In this document: positions 33,484 through 43,890 of the stretch, piece after piece
Position numbering within the stretch: position 1 is the stretch's first letter
Layout of the letters: the number at the start of each line of letters is the position of its first letter
Assembly (NCBI GenBank): GCA_002498985.1
Contig: DAJO01000037.1
Span: forward strand, 3,356 to 67,355
Source of the DNA: Euryarchaeota archaeon UBA257
GTDB lineage: Archaea; Thermoplasmatota; Poseidoniia; Poseidoniales; Thalassarchaeaceae
DNA length: 64,000 nt
Direction of reading: 5' to 3'
The notes under the pieces: model-generated
The model's input: only the letters and a program-made list of their open reading frames with translations
Database searches by the model: none
Told to the model about the DNA's origin: nothing
Made by a program: the position numbers and the translations under genes

Positions 33484-33960
33484 TCATATATCCAAGACGA
33501 CTTGAGCCATCCAACCTGGTCCTTCAAAGGTAGGAATATTTGGTTCTACGCCTGTAACTATTTCGCCCTTGTTTATTTCTCTAAATACTAGTTCATGTAA
33601 TGTCACTGCCTTGATTTCAATTTCACGATGTACAAAATCTGACTTAACCCAAGAAACATGTGCAGAGATAGATTTTTCATCGATTTTAACTGCTAAATCA
33701 ACTAGCCATTGATCTTCAACAGAGCCTCTGTAAAGTATTTCCTCTAGAAACTTGACAAGTCCTCTTTCCAAATCATTATTGTTAATCACCACTGCCCATA
33801 CTCCATTAAATCTTGTTAAATGATTTAGAGATTCAGGATTCTTATCCTCTAACTGAATTGATTGGAGTCCAAGAACACATTCAGTAATAGCACCCACAGC
33901 AGTAGATGAAAATGCTCTAATTCCAATATCTGCAGTAGTCGGAAGAATCCACCAAGACAT
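33484..33960 (-). CDS. archease (RtcB activator)
   Basis: N-terminal HTADIGIRA-type block (PTTADIGIRAFSSTAVGAITE) and an archease-sized product. Start taken at MSWW. Confidence 0.7.
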   Translation of the reverse strand: MSWWILPTTADIGIRAFSSTAVGAITECVLGLQSIQLEDKNPESLNHLTRFNGVWAVVINNNDLERGLVKFLEEILYRGSVEDQWLVDLAVKIDEKSISAHVSWVKSDFVHREIEIKAVTLHELVFREINKGEIVTGVEPNIPTFEGPGWMAQVVLDI

Positions 33961-33968
33961 ATTTAGCG

Positions 33969-36900
33969 TCACTCAAATTGATTGCATAATTCACCCTGAC
34001 TGGGGAAGCTCACAGGATCCTTTGGATTGGTATTCCATTTATTCTCACATTTATTCAGAGACCCATCCCCGTCAGAATCGATATTTGCATCTGCAGGATC
34101 GAATGGATCAAAGTCGAAGAAATATTCCCATCCTGCCCACATTCCATCACCATCTTGGTCTTGGTGGAACACTTCTGAGCCATCGAACCACTGATCACCG
34201 TCAGTATCATTCAAAATTGGACTTGTTCCATTTTGCATTTCCTCGAAATTAGTATAATTTTCAAGGTCATCATAGAACCTTTTTCCATAATCTCCCATTG
34301 GATCAATGTGGCACTCCGCATTTTGTGGATCGTCCCAACCCGGGCAATAACGGTACAACAAATTTGTACGATTTAGCCCGTCTCTATCAAAGTCTTCCTG
34401 TCCGTCATCCACACCGTCTAAATCAGAGTCAATCATTGCAGGGTCCATCGGTCCTCGTGCACCTAATGCATTCAATGAGTTATTGTCTACAATACCTAAA
34501 GAAATTGCTTCTCCCGAATAGAAAACTTCCCATCCATCTGGGAGTTTATCGCCATCAGTATCGTCATTAACAGGATTAGTATTCCACCTGTCAGGTGCTT
34601 CTAGTTGATTCATTAGAGTATCATTGTCAATGTCAAATATATTATCTGTCATAGAACCATAAGCCGGATCTAAAGCCCATCTTCCATCATTAGGAATTAC
34701 AAAACCTGATAGATTCATTTCATGAAGGAAATATTTCGGGTCCATTACTCCATCACCATCTCTATCTCCAGATGTAGAGAAACCTTGGACATAATTTGTC
34801 CAGACCCAACCGCCCGGTCCTAACCCACATTCAAACATATTATCGCATCCAGGTGGAAGCCAATTAGTACTACTAATCCATAAGCTGTGACTATTAGTAT
34901 TCTGTTGTATTGAAAATACTTGCATTTCCCATCCGTCGGGTTGTCCGTCTTCATCTGTATCATTAATCAACGGATTGGTAGCTGCCTGCCACGGTCGTGG
35001 AATGAATAATACTTCTCCACCATCATCTAATCCATCACCATCGCTGTCTGCATTATTACCATGAGTGATGTACTGATCCTGCCCATCTACCACTTCTTCT
35101 CCATCCGCTAATCCATCATTATCTGTATCAAATGAAGAAGCATTAGTGAAATATTGTTCTGTGACATTCCAGTAGAATCCATCCATGGATTCAGTAAAAT
35201 CTTCCAAACCATCGCTATCAGTATCTCTATCCGTAGCATTAGTAAACGTTTCATAATATTCAACTGCATCAGAAAGACCATCACTGTCTGTGTCAAATAC
35301 ACCAGGGTCGCTACGAACTAACACGTCTTTAACGCCATTATCAACGACTCTGATTGTCCAACCAATAACCTCTATGCCATCGATTAGCCCGTCATTGTCA
35401 GTATCAGCTACGAGAGGATTTGTCGACCTCCCGTCAGTAATACCATCTCCATCTCTATCTCTAGCGTTATACTCATCTAAGTTTGTGAATCTTTCATCTT
35501 GTTCCACAATAATAGCTAAATCTTGAGTTCTAGTAAGTACCTCATCCCCAACATTAACATTAATCTCATAAACCCAGCCTTCGGTTTGTGTCTTTACAGG
35601 AATATTTACATAAACACTGTTTTGAACTGTTCTGACCCAGAGAATTGTTTTATTCACAGGGACATATTCTCCCAATTCTACGGAAATCAAATGAACAGTA
35701 CTAACCCCTACAAGATCGTCATAACGAACCCCGCCATCACCATCAGAATCATACCCATCAAAATCAGGGTCTTCTAAAGCATTGGCGCCATCATCATTAG
35801 GGTGTATTCCATTCAAATGCTCCCAACCATCGGGCATACCATCATTATCAGTATCAGACATTAATGGGCTAGTGAAATTTTCAGGACCCCAGGTGTATGC
35901 GACTTCATACTCTTCTACGTTATTTAGACCGTCTTCATCCCTATCACCGTAGGCATCAGTTGCATTGGCAGGATTAAGGAATCTCTTATTTTCTTGATCT
36001 AGTGCATAACAATATTCGTACCCATCAGGCATTCCATCGCCATCAGAGTCCCAATCTCCGGGGCCGTTGAGGCGCCCATCGCCATCCATATCTTCCTCAA
36101 ACCAAGTCATATCTCCAGGACCGCTCATGTATTCGTGATATGGTGCCTGTAATGTCAAGGTACCAAATTGTATCACTCCACAATGGACTGAAAGATCGAT
36201 GTTACCGAATGCTATTTCATATCTATCAGCAATCAAGTCACCATCACTATCTTCTTCCAATGGATTAGTATCATATCTTTCTTCTACATAATTTCTGAGA
36301 CTATCTGGTTCAGGTTGTTCCAAATCTAATAATGCATCGCAAGAATGGCCGAATTGATTACCCATCTCATCAAAGGTACTGGCTCCAATATCTGCCTTGA
36401 TTTGTGCCTTGACTTCAGGAGTTAAAATATAGCAATCCCAATTTCCATCGAGAGGGTCAAGAAGCTTAATTGGTCCTTGAGGTGTCTCTACAGTGTAAGT
36501 GTAGAGAGATTCCCAGCGATCATTCAACCCATCTCCGTCAGAATCTTGTAAATTTGGATTTGTGCCAAGTGCTGCCTCATCCACATTGATTAGCCCATCT
36601 CTATCTGGATCTCCAAATGGGCCATTATCAGGATTAGGGAATGTTTCATTTAACTCAGTATTTTCATCGTTCTCATCCGGATTAGTAGTTTGTGGATCAG
36701 GTTCAGCGGCTTCACCACTATCTAATGGATCTAAGCCATTATCAATCTCCCATCCATCTTCTAAACCATCATTATCTGTATCGGAGAGTCTCCAATCAGT
36801 ACCGTAAAGTGTCTGCTCCATTCTGTCAGGTAAACCATCACCATCTGTATCTTTACCTTCTATGTGATTTTCATTATCAGAAGTTTCTATGTCTACTGAA

Positions 36901-37016
36901 CCATCTTCCCATCCAGAAACTGTAGCTAAACCGGCTCCAATAATTGTGTAAAATCCTGCTAAAATCAAGGTTGCAGCGATGGCTGCAACGGCATATTGGT
37001 TGTGTGTCAAAGCCAA
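33969..37016 (-). CDS. secreted/anchored protein (1015 aa) composed mainly of thrombospondin type-3-like Ca-binding repeats
   Basis: More than 20 DxDxDGxxDxxE motifs (DTDNDGLEDGWE, DSDGDGMPDGYE, DTDGDKLPDGWE and others). N-terminal hydrophobic anchor. TTG start with a GGTGA SD-like sequence upstream. Confidence 0.8.
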   Translation of the reverse strand: MALTHNQYAVAAIAATLILAGFYTIIGAGLATVSGWEDGSVDIETSDNENHIEGKDTDGDGLPDRMEQTLYGTDWRLSDTDNDGLEDGWEIDNGLDPLDSGEAAEPDPQTTNPDENDENTELNETFPNPDNGPFGDPDRDGLINVDEAALGTNPNLQDSDGDGLNDRWESLYTYTVETPQGPIKLLDPLDGNWDCYILTPEVKAQIKADIGASTFDEMGNQFGHSCDALLDLEQPEPDSLRNYVEERYDTNPLEEDSDGDLIADRYEIAFGNIDLSVHCGVIQFGTLTLQAPYHEYMSGPGDMTWFEEDMDGDGRLNGPGDWDSDGDGMPDGYEYCYALDQENKRFLNPANATDAYGDRDEDGLNNVEEYEVAYTWGPENFTSPLMSDTDNDGMPDGWEHLNGIHPNDDGANALEDPDFDGYDSDGDGGVRYDDLVGVSTVHLISVELGEYVPVNKTILWVRTVQNSVYVNIPVKTQTEGWVYEINVNVGDEVLTRTQDLAIIVEQDERFTNLDEYNARDRDGDGITDGRSTNPLVADTDNDGLIDGIEVIGWTIRVVDNGVKDVLVRSDPGVFDTDSDGLSDAVEYYETFTNATDRDTDSDGLEDFTESMDGFYWNVTEQYFTNASSFDTDNDGLADGEEVVDGQDQYITHGNNADSDGDGLDDGGEVLFIPRPWQAATNPLINDTDEDGQPDGWEMQVFSIQQNTNSHSLWISSTNWLPPGCDNMFECGLGPGGWVWTNYVQGFSTSGDRDGDGVMDPKYFLHEMNLSGFVIPNDGRWALDPAYGSMTDNIFDIDNDTLMNQLEAPDRWNTNPVNDDTDGDKLPDGWEVFYSGEAISLGIVDNNSLNALGARGPMDPAMIDSDLDGVDDGQEDFDRDGLNRTNLLYRYCPGWDDPQNAECHIDPMGDYGKRFYDDLENYTNFEEMQNGTSPILNDTDGDQWFDGSEVFHQDQDGDGMWAGWEYFFDFDPFDPADANIDSDGDGSLNKCENKWNTNPKDPVSFPSQGELCNQFE

Positions 37017-37028
37017 TTAATCACCTCG

Positions 37029-37044
37029 CGCCCCCTGGGGGGCG
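37029..37044 (-). other. GC-rich stem-loop in 5' leader / intergenic spacer
   Basis: A 6-bp all-GC stem with a 4-nt loop (cgccccCTGGggggcg). It lies about 12 nt upstream of the TTG start at 37016. No U-tract follows on the minus strand. Confidence 0.4.
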
Positions 37045-37095
37045 TACAGTTGACTCCAAGATATGATATAATGTTTCATTACTGATGTGCTGAGA

Positions 37096-38190
37096 TTAAT
37101 CAAGACAAATCTCGTTCATTGATACTAATCTAATTGTGTTAGAGTTTTTCCCATAAGAAAAATTACATTTGGCACTGCGTCCATTCGCCCTTTCCCAACA
37201 ACCGCTCATTATCCCTGAGAATATTGCTGGATGGTAACATGAACTGAAAGAAATTTCTATTCCACCAAACTCGTCTATCGAACTAACAGAATCTATTTTC
37301 CCAAGACCTTGTCTCTCCAAATGACGTTTACTAACATAGACCCAATCTGTATTTCCAGAAATTAAAATATGGTGTTTTTGATTATAGAATATTTCTCTAA
37401 TAGTATCTGAAAATATTGTCCATAATAGACTTCGCTTTTTATCAACACCAACCCAAATAAAAGAATCCTTACGTCCTTCGTGAATCTCTTCCAAATAGGG
37501 TAGGAAATAGTCTTCAAAACGAAGTATGAGGTCTTGATTAATCATTGCAAATCTCCTACCCATTATTGACCAAAATTTACCTGACTCAACTTCTAGTGAT
37601 TCCCAAAAATCAAGGTCATCGCTTTGCGATACAATTGGCTTTTCATAGAACCAAGGTAGAGAGATTTTACTTGGTTGAGGTATTTTCATATCATCCTCTG
37701 AAATCATTAAGATTAAGCTTTCAACGTTATTATGATTCCATCTGAACCTATGCCTCTTACCTGTCGCCCTTTCCCAATTAGCAGTAAAAACGCCCGAACA
37801 TAACGGCCCATTAAGCGGATATTTTACAAGGAACCTAGTTTCATCACCATCATCTAATAACTCAAAGTTGCCAATACCTCTTTCTAACCAATCTAATCTT
37901 GTATTTTTCCATCTTTCTGGGTTTCTTCCTTTGGGAAAAGAATTATTCGAAACTATGGAAATCCATTCTTCCGATTCAGACGAAGCATGTGCCAAGCGTC
38001 TTCCTAAACTAAGTCCACTGCGTCTTTCAATTCCTGAAAGAAAATCATCAAAAAGAATCGAATCTACCCTCCATACAGGATGAAAAAATCTTTTAGAATC
38101 TAAAATTAAACCACAATTACTAGTGAGCCATCTTTTTTGGATACCTGAAATCAGCGACTCGTCGGAAATTTCTCTGCCGAAAAACCTCAT
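37096..38190 (-). CDS. hypothetical protein with two V4R-like repeats
   Basis: An internal duplication: two segments end in Cys-Gly patterns (GPLCSGVFTANWERATG and SCYHPAIFSGIMSGCWERANG) reminiscent of V4R small-molecule-binding domains. Confidence 0.4.
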   Translation of the reverse strand: MRFFGREISDESLISGIQKRWLTSNCGLILDSKRFFHPVWRVDSILFDDFLSGIERRSGLSLGRRLAHASSESEEWISIVSNNSFPKGRNPERWKNTRLDWLERGIGNFELLDDGDETRFLVKYPLNGPLCSGVFTANWERATGKRHRFRWNHNNVESLILMISEDDMKIPQPSKISLPWFYEKPIVSQSDDLDFWESLEVESGKFWSIMGRRFAMINQDLILRFEDYFLPYLEEIHEGRKDSFIWVGVDKKRSLLWTIFSDTIREIFYNQKHHILISGNTDWVYVSKRHLERQGLGKIDSVSSIDEFGGIEISFSSCYHPAIFSGIMSGCWERANGRSAKCNFSYGKNSNTIRLVSMNEICLD

Positions 38191-38194
38191 ATTA

Positions 38195-39430
38195 TCAACT
38201 ACTCAAGAACCTTTCAATCCTTTGAAATGCTTCTTCAAGTACTGGAATAGGAGGTAAGCATACCATTCTAAAATGACCCGAACCGAACTCAGGAGAAAAA
38301 CCAGAACCATGGACAACCAATACATGCTCCTGATGTAAAAGATCTAACACCCATTTTTTATCATCTCTCTGATCTTCAAGATTAGTTAATTTAACAAACA
38401 AATAGAAAGCACCTTTTGGGCTCTCACAAGAAAGACCATCAATTTCTTCTATTCTTTTGAGACAAAAATTCATTCTCTCCTCTGTCAATTTACGGTGTTT
38501 ATCAAGCCAGTCTTTAGACTCTCTTAGACCCGCTAAATACCCATATTGAGCTGGTGTTGATGCACATAGACGACTCCTAAGAATTCTTTCCACACCATCT
38601 CTAACCAATCTGAGGCGATTATTAGGATCATGCCAAGCCATGTATCCAATCCTCCATCCAGGGGCGAAATACACTTTAGAGACACCATTTAGTGTAATTA
38701 TTGGTACGCTCTTTGAACGAGATGCTACTGAGATAAAATTATCTGAGAAATCTAATCCATCGTATATCTCATCTGCTATAATTGTACAATTAGGCCATTT
38801 CTCAGCGATATTAATTAATTTATCAATCTCACTTTCTGTAGCAATATTTCCAGTAGGGTTATTTGGATTTATGAGGACTAATAATTTGACTGAATCATTC
38901 ATCTTATCACTAATATCATCTAAATCAATCTTCCACTCCTCAGATGATTTTAGCCTATATTCTACTGTCTTAGCACCGTACATCTGTGGATAAGCCATGT
39001 ATGGTGGGTAATGGGGACCTGGGGCTAATACTATGTCATTTTCTTCAAGAAATGCTGCAAAAATTACTTGTAGTGCCTCAGTAACTCCATGAGTCACATA
39101 TACATCATCAGGACTACAATTCCAACCCTTAGATAACTCCGATTGAGAAATTGCTTCTCTTAATTCATCTAATCCGTATGATGGTCCATAACCATTGTCT
39201 TGCCTGTCTAGAGCATTCTTGTATTTTTCAATCATATGAACTGGAGTTGGGAGTCCTTCATAAGCTAGTGGATCACCAATATTTAATCGGATAATATCAT
39301 GGCCCTGGTTCTCTAATTCAATAGCAGGAACCACTACATCTCTTATCGCATATTCGATTGAAGACGCGCGATTTGATACCTTGACTGGTTCCGACATAAC
39401 CTCGGGAAGAGGTGAAGTTTGATGAATCAA
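38195..39430 (-). CDS. PLP-dependent aminotransferase class I/II (alanine/aspartate aminotransferase-like)
   Basis: Fold-type I aminotransferase blocks, including an SKxY lysine region (NGVSKVYFAPGWRIGYM) and an N-terminal dimerisation region. Confidence 0.85.
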   Translation of the reverse strand: MIHQTSPLPEVMSEPVKVSNRASSIEYAIRDVVVPAIELENQGHDIIRLNIGDPLAYEGLPTPVHMIEKYKNALDRQDNGYGPSYGLDELREAISQSELSKGWNCSPDDVYVTHGVTEALQVIFAAFLEENDIVLAPGPHYPPYMAYPQMYGAKTVEYRLKSSEEWKIDLDDISDKMNDSVKLLVLINPNNPTGNIATESEIDKLINIAEKWPNCTIIADEIYDGLDFSDNFISVASRSKSVPIITLNGVSKVYFAPGWRIGYMAWHDPNNRLRLVRDGVERILRSRLCASTPAQYGYLAGLRESKDWLDKHRKLTEERMNFCLKRIEEIDGLSCESPKGAFYLFVKLTNLEDQRDDKKWVLDLLHQEHVLVVHGSGFSPEFGSGHFRMVCLPPIPVLEEAFQRIERFLSS

Positions 39431-39442
39431 ACGGATAGAGTG

Positions 39443-42313
39443 TCAAACATCTAGCATTTTTTTAGCGGCTTCAAGAGCCGCGGGAATCCCCTCAGGGTTT
39501 GACCCCCCACCTTGGGCAAAGGTTGGTCTTCCACCACCTCCACCATTGATATGGGATGAAATTGCATTCAAAATTTCCACAGAATTATACTTCTCAGAAG
39601 CCTTCGTATTCTCAGTAGTTGCAACAATTATCTTGCCTCCGCCATCCTTGCTTCCAATTATTGCTAATGTAGGATTAGATTCATCTCTTGTCAATTCAGA
39701 AAGCATTTTCATTAATTGCTTGGAATCTCCTGGAGATTCCATGATTACATACCTGATTCCATCTTTATGAATTGCTTCATCACCTCCCCCACTTGTCCTT
39801 AACCTGACAATTTCTGCTTCTAAATTAGAGATCTTTTTTTGTTGTGATTTCCATTCTTGGAAGAACTTCATTACTGCCTTTGGAAGATCGTCAGACTGAA
39901 CTCCCAAAATCTCAGATGCTTCGCTAAGAATACGCTCTTGATGCCTCGCATGGTCTCTCGCCGTATCCCCTGCCACGATTTGCAGACGCTCTACTCCGTC
40001 TTGGACTTGACTGGAACGAACTATCCTTAATTCTCCAATATTACCTGCTTCATCATGGTGGGTTCCTCCACAAGCTTGGACGTCAAAATCTCCAATCTTG
40101 ATAATTCTAATTTGCTGATGTTTTGGAGGTCCTCCCTGATATATGTCGAAACCAAATCTAGAATCGGCTTCTGCCCTATCTAGTATTATCTTCTCTACAG
40201 TAGGATTTAACTGTACAATATCATTTGCCCTATCTTCAATTTTATCTAGCAAATCTCTTGACATTCTAGAATAATGAGTCAAGTCAATTCTAGCGTACCT
40301 TTGTCCTTTGTTAGAACCTGCTTGTCGGATGTGAGGCCCCAGAATATCCCTGGCTGCTCCACCAACAATGTGTATAGCAGTGTGGTGATCCATTAATTGT
40401 CTTCTTCGAATATTATCTACTTCAGCATCAATTCGCCCATTATTTAGGAAACCATCTGTGAAATGAATGATTACACCTTCCTCTATTTTAGTATCTAAGA
40501 CACTAATCGTTCTTGTTTCATCTAGGTGGAAATATCCTTGATCACCTAACTGACCACCCCCTTCTGGATAGAAAAGTGTTCTATCGAGAATTACAAAGTG
40601 AGTGGGGGGGGAAATTACTTCATTAGAAAATGAAATATTATTAGATTCATGATTGATTTCACCACAATGAAGTACTTCAGCAGTGAAATGTGTCTTATTT
40701 GTGTCTAAATAATAATCTTTAGAGGTTACTGGGAATACCTCTTTGAGGAAATTATTTTTATCTCTAATTTTTGCTGCATCTTTAGTCATTCTAGCATTTC
40801 TATCTGCCATATCTGCAGAAAATCCAACTCTAACAGATAGATTCCCCCAACCTAAATCATTAGAAATGGCCATAACCATATCTGGATTGATGCCTCTTTC
40901 TTCAGACAATCTGAATAAAATTGAATCAGGTACTTCGGTTGCATTCTTTGGGAGATTTTGTAAAGCAGTATTAACAGCAGATTGACCTTTTCTCAACATT
41001 TCATAGTAACGTGATTCCTCTAATTCCAACAGTAAAAGTATTCCGTCTTCATTTTGTGTAAAATTTTCTAAGTCTAGATGTGTTTCAATGTGATGCTTTC
41101 CAAGTTCTGCTAAAGTCACATTCAAATTTAAATCCGATTTCATGCGACAAACTCTTCTGGCAAGCATTCTTGCTAGGTAACCGGCTTTTGTATTACTGGG
41201 TATCAATCCGTCTCCTAACATATTACACAGCGCATGCATGTGGTCAGGTATTGCATAAATAGCAGATAATGGTTCTGTAAGGCGTTTCAAATCAGAAACA
41301 GATATCTTAATTTCCTGAGCATTCAATCTTTCAATTAATGTGCTGTAGAGTGAATCTACGTCAGTACCTACATCGATATTTAATATCCCTGCTAATCTTG
41401 ATAATTCAGACAATAATGCAGTTGTATCAACATTTAAATTTAAATCTTTCACCATTGATTCAAAGCCAATAGTTTCTTTTAACCAAGAGACAGATTCAGG
41501 ATATATCGCTTCATAAATTGTTGGAGTACCGGCTGCTGCCCAGCAGAATCTTTCTAGTCCATAACCTGTATCAATTATCTGTAAGTCCATCTCTCGATAG
41601 TTTAATCCTTTGATTACAATATCCCCCTCTTCATGTTCTTCTAAATTCATGAATACGAGAGTTGCTAATTCTAACCCTCCAACTATTACTTCGAGTGCTG
41701 CTCCAGCATTCCCCCCTCCTGACCAAGGATTCTCGACATAGGTGATTTCAATAGGGTTAATTCCAAATGTATTGACTAACATATCGTCACAAAATCTAAC
41801 ACATTGATCTATCCAGTATACTACCTCGCCATCATTGGGTCTATTGAAGGCATGATGAGCCATCATTTCGAAAGTTGTCAAGTGCCTTCCTGAACGTCCA
41901 ACTGCTGCAACATCAGTCAACCTTATGCATGGCTGAGAAATACACAAGGGATTAGCAGGTGGAGGGACTTGCCCACTAGTCACATGAGGTTGGAAATCTG
42001 CAATACTTGCTATTGTTAGATGTATATCATCTCTCCATCTTGCTATTACTGGATAAGGATCGATTTGGGAGTGACTATTCTCAGAGAAATAATCCAGAAA
42101 TGAAGATCTCATCGAATCTTTAAGTTCCTTACCCCTCATAGAGAAACCATCAATTATTGGACTTCCTATGAATGTATATGGGTCTTCATGAGTATCTCCA
42201 GAAGTTGTTCTGTTTTTATCCCGAGTCCAAAAGTAAAGTCCTGTTACTGAACAAGTCCTTCGCATGTGCCCAGATTCATCCCAAAACGGAATATGAACTT
42301 CTCCAAACACCAT
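39443..42313 (-). CDS. alaS: alanine--tRNA ligase (archaeal type)
   Basis: 956 aa. Class II catalytic core, an HxxxH...CGG editing-domain motif (HTAIHIV...CGGTH), and a C-terminal DHHA1-like domain. Confidence 0.95.
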   Translation of the reverse strand: MVFGEVHIPFWDESGHMRRTCSVTGLYFWTRDKNRTTSGDTHEDPYTFIGSPIIDGFSMRGKELKDSMRSSFLDYFSENSHSQIDPYPVIARWRDDIHLTIASIADFQPHVTSGQVPPPANPLCISQPCIRLTDVAAVGRSGRHLTTFEMMAHHAFNRPNDGEVVYWIDQCVRFCDDMLVNTFGINPIEITYVENPWSGGGNAGAALEVIVGGLELATLVFMNLEEHEEGDIVIKGLNYREMDLQIIDTGYGLERFCWAAAGTPTIYEAIYPESVSWLKETIGFESMVKDLNLNVDTTALLSELSRLAGILNIDVGTDVDSLYSTLIERLNAQEIKISVSDLKRLTEPLSAIYAIPDHMHALCNMLGDGLIPSNTKAGYLARMLARRVCRMKSDLNLNVTLAELGKHHIETHLDLENFTQNEDGILLLLELEESRYYEMLRKGQSAVNTALQNLPKNATEVPDSILFRLSEERGINPDMVMAISNDLGWGNLSVRVGFSADMADRNARMTKDAAKIRDKNNFLKEVFPVTSKDYYLDTNKTHFTAEVLHCGEINHESNNISFSNEVISPPTHFVILDRTLFYPEGGGQLGDQGYFHLDETRTISVLDTKIEEGVIIHFTDGFLNNGRIDAEVDNIRRRQLMDHHTAIHIVGGAARDILGPHIRQAGSNKGQRYARIDLTHYSRMSRDLLDKIEDRANDIVQLNPTVEKIILDRAEADSRFGFDIYQGGPPKHQQIRIIKIGDFDVQACGGTHHDEAGNIGELRIVRSSQVQDGVERLQIVAGDTARDHARHQERILSEASEILGVQSDDLPKAVMKFFQEWKSQQKKISNLEAEIVRLRTSGGGDEAIHKDGIRYVIMESPGDSKQLMKMLSELTRDESNPTLAIIGSKDGGGKIIVATTENTKASEKYNSVEILNAISSHINGGGGGRPTFAQGGGSNPEGIPAALEAAKKMLDV

Positions 42314-42393
42314 CTCATGTACAACCTTACATGACTCGGAATAGTTAAACTAACTTTAATACAATTGTTGAAAGACCTGTCCGACCTATTGAA

Positions 42394-43890
42394 ATGTACA
42401 CTATAATTCGGAAGGCTGTGTCAGGGGAGTGGAGAGAACATTTGCAGCCTGATGGCCCCGGAAGAATGCGCATTGGTAAACACGGTTCAATGAAAACAGA
42501 TGCGATAATGGTTGCAGATTCAGATCATCTAGATGAACATTCAGATGATAGATCTCCTAATCAGTTAGTCAATACTGCATCCTTAGATGGTATAGTAGGT
42601 AATGCTTGGGCTATGGCAGATTGGCATTTTGGATACGGATTTCCGATCGGAGGAGTTGTTGCAACTGACATCAATTCAGGGAATCAGGGAGGCGCTATTT
42701 CACCAGGTGGGGTTGGATTTGACATTAACTGTGGTGTGCGATTATGTGCTCTTGATATCGAATATAGAGATATTAATCCTAAATCATTAGCTAGGAAATT
42801 AGCGGATTCAATACCTGCTGGAGCAACAAGCAAGGGAGGAGTAATTTTAGATTCAACAGAAATTGACATGGTACTTTCAGAAGGAGCAAATGCGGCAATT
42901 GAGATGGGTTGGGGAGAATCCAGAGATCTTGAGCTTATTGAATCAAATGGAGTTCTGGAAACTAATGAAAGAAATTTAGGTGAAAGAGCAAAAAAAAGAG
43001 GGAGCAAATCTATGGGAACATTAGGTTCAGGAAATCATTTCTTAGAGCTACAAGTTGTAGATAGGATTGTTGATGAAAAGGCGGCTAAAGCATTTGGAAT
43101 TCGAGAGGGGCAAGTCACAGCAATGATACATACAGGATCTAGGGGTTTAGGGCATCAAGTTTGCTCTGATCATGTGTCAAATATCGAACAAAATTATACA
43201 AAAAAAGACAATATGTGGTTCGCTGAGAAATGGAATATGTCAATACCAGACAGACAATTAGCAGCTGCGCCAATATTCAGTAAAGAGGGGCAACAATATT
43301 TCGATTCCATGTCTGCAGCTGGTAATTTCGCCTTTGCAAATCGTTCAACCTTAACTCAAAGATTGAGAAATATTCTAAGAGAAGAAATTAGAATGGATAG
43401 TGACCTTGAAGTAATCTATGATGTTAGTCACAATATAGCAAAGATAGAAAATCACAAAGTACATGGAGTTTCATGTGAATGCTGTGTTCATAGAAAAGGC
43501 GCTACAAGAGCACTTGGTGGAGATCATTCAGAGTTGGCAGGGAAGTTTTCAGGCATAGGTCAACCAGTCCTTGTCCCTGGTGACATGGGTACCGCCTCAT
43601 GGATTTTATCTGGTCCAGAAAGTGGAGGTAATGATGCTTTTTCTTCATCATGTCATGGCGCAGGAAGAAAACTTTCTAGAACGGCTGCAAGAAATCAGAT
43701 TAATTCATCAGAATTAAAGAAGCAACTTGAAAATAGTGGAATTAATGTTCACACAAAAACACCGAATGTTCTCTCGGAAGAAGCACCGGAAGCATACAAA
43801 AATGTTGACGAAGTAATTAGATTGACATGCGAGGCAGGACTAGCTAGACCAGTAGCCAGAATGAAACCATTTGCTGTAATTAAGGGATAA
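42394..43890 (+). CDS. rtcB: RNA-splicing ligase RtcB
   Basis: Conserved RtcB metal-binding and GMP-His blocks (NCGVRLC, GSGNHF, HNIAKIE...SSSCHGAGR). Confidence 0.95.
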   Translation: MYTIIRKAVSGEWREHLQPDGPGRMRIGKHGSMKTDAIMVADSDHLDEHSDDRSPNQLVNTASLDGIVGNAWAMADWHFGYGFPIGGVVATDINSGNQGGAISPGGVGFDINCGVRLCALDIEYRDINPKSLARKLADSIPAGATSKGGVILDSTEIDMVLSEGANAAIEMGWGESRDLELIESNGVLETNERNLGERAKKRGSKSMGTLGSGNHFLELQVVDRIVDEKAAKAFGIREGQVTAMIHTGSRGLGHQVCSDHVSNIEQNYTKKDNMWFAEKWNMSIPDRQLAAAPIFSKEGQQYFDSMSAAGNFAFANRSTLTQRLRNILREEIRMDSDLEVIYDVSHNIAKIENHKVHGVSCECCVHRKGATRALGGDHSELAGKFSGIGQPVLVPGDMGTASWILSGPESGGNDAFSSSCHGAGRKLSRTAARNQINSSELKKQLENSGINVHTKTPNVLSEEAPEAYKNVDEVIRLTCEAGLARPVARMKPFAVIKG

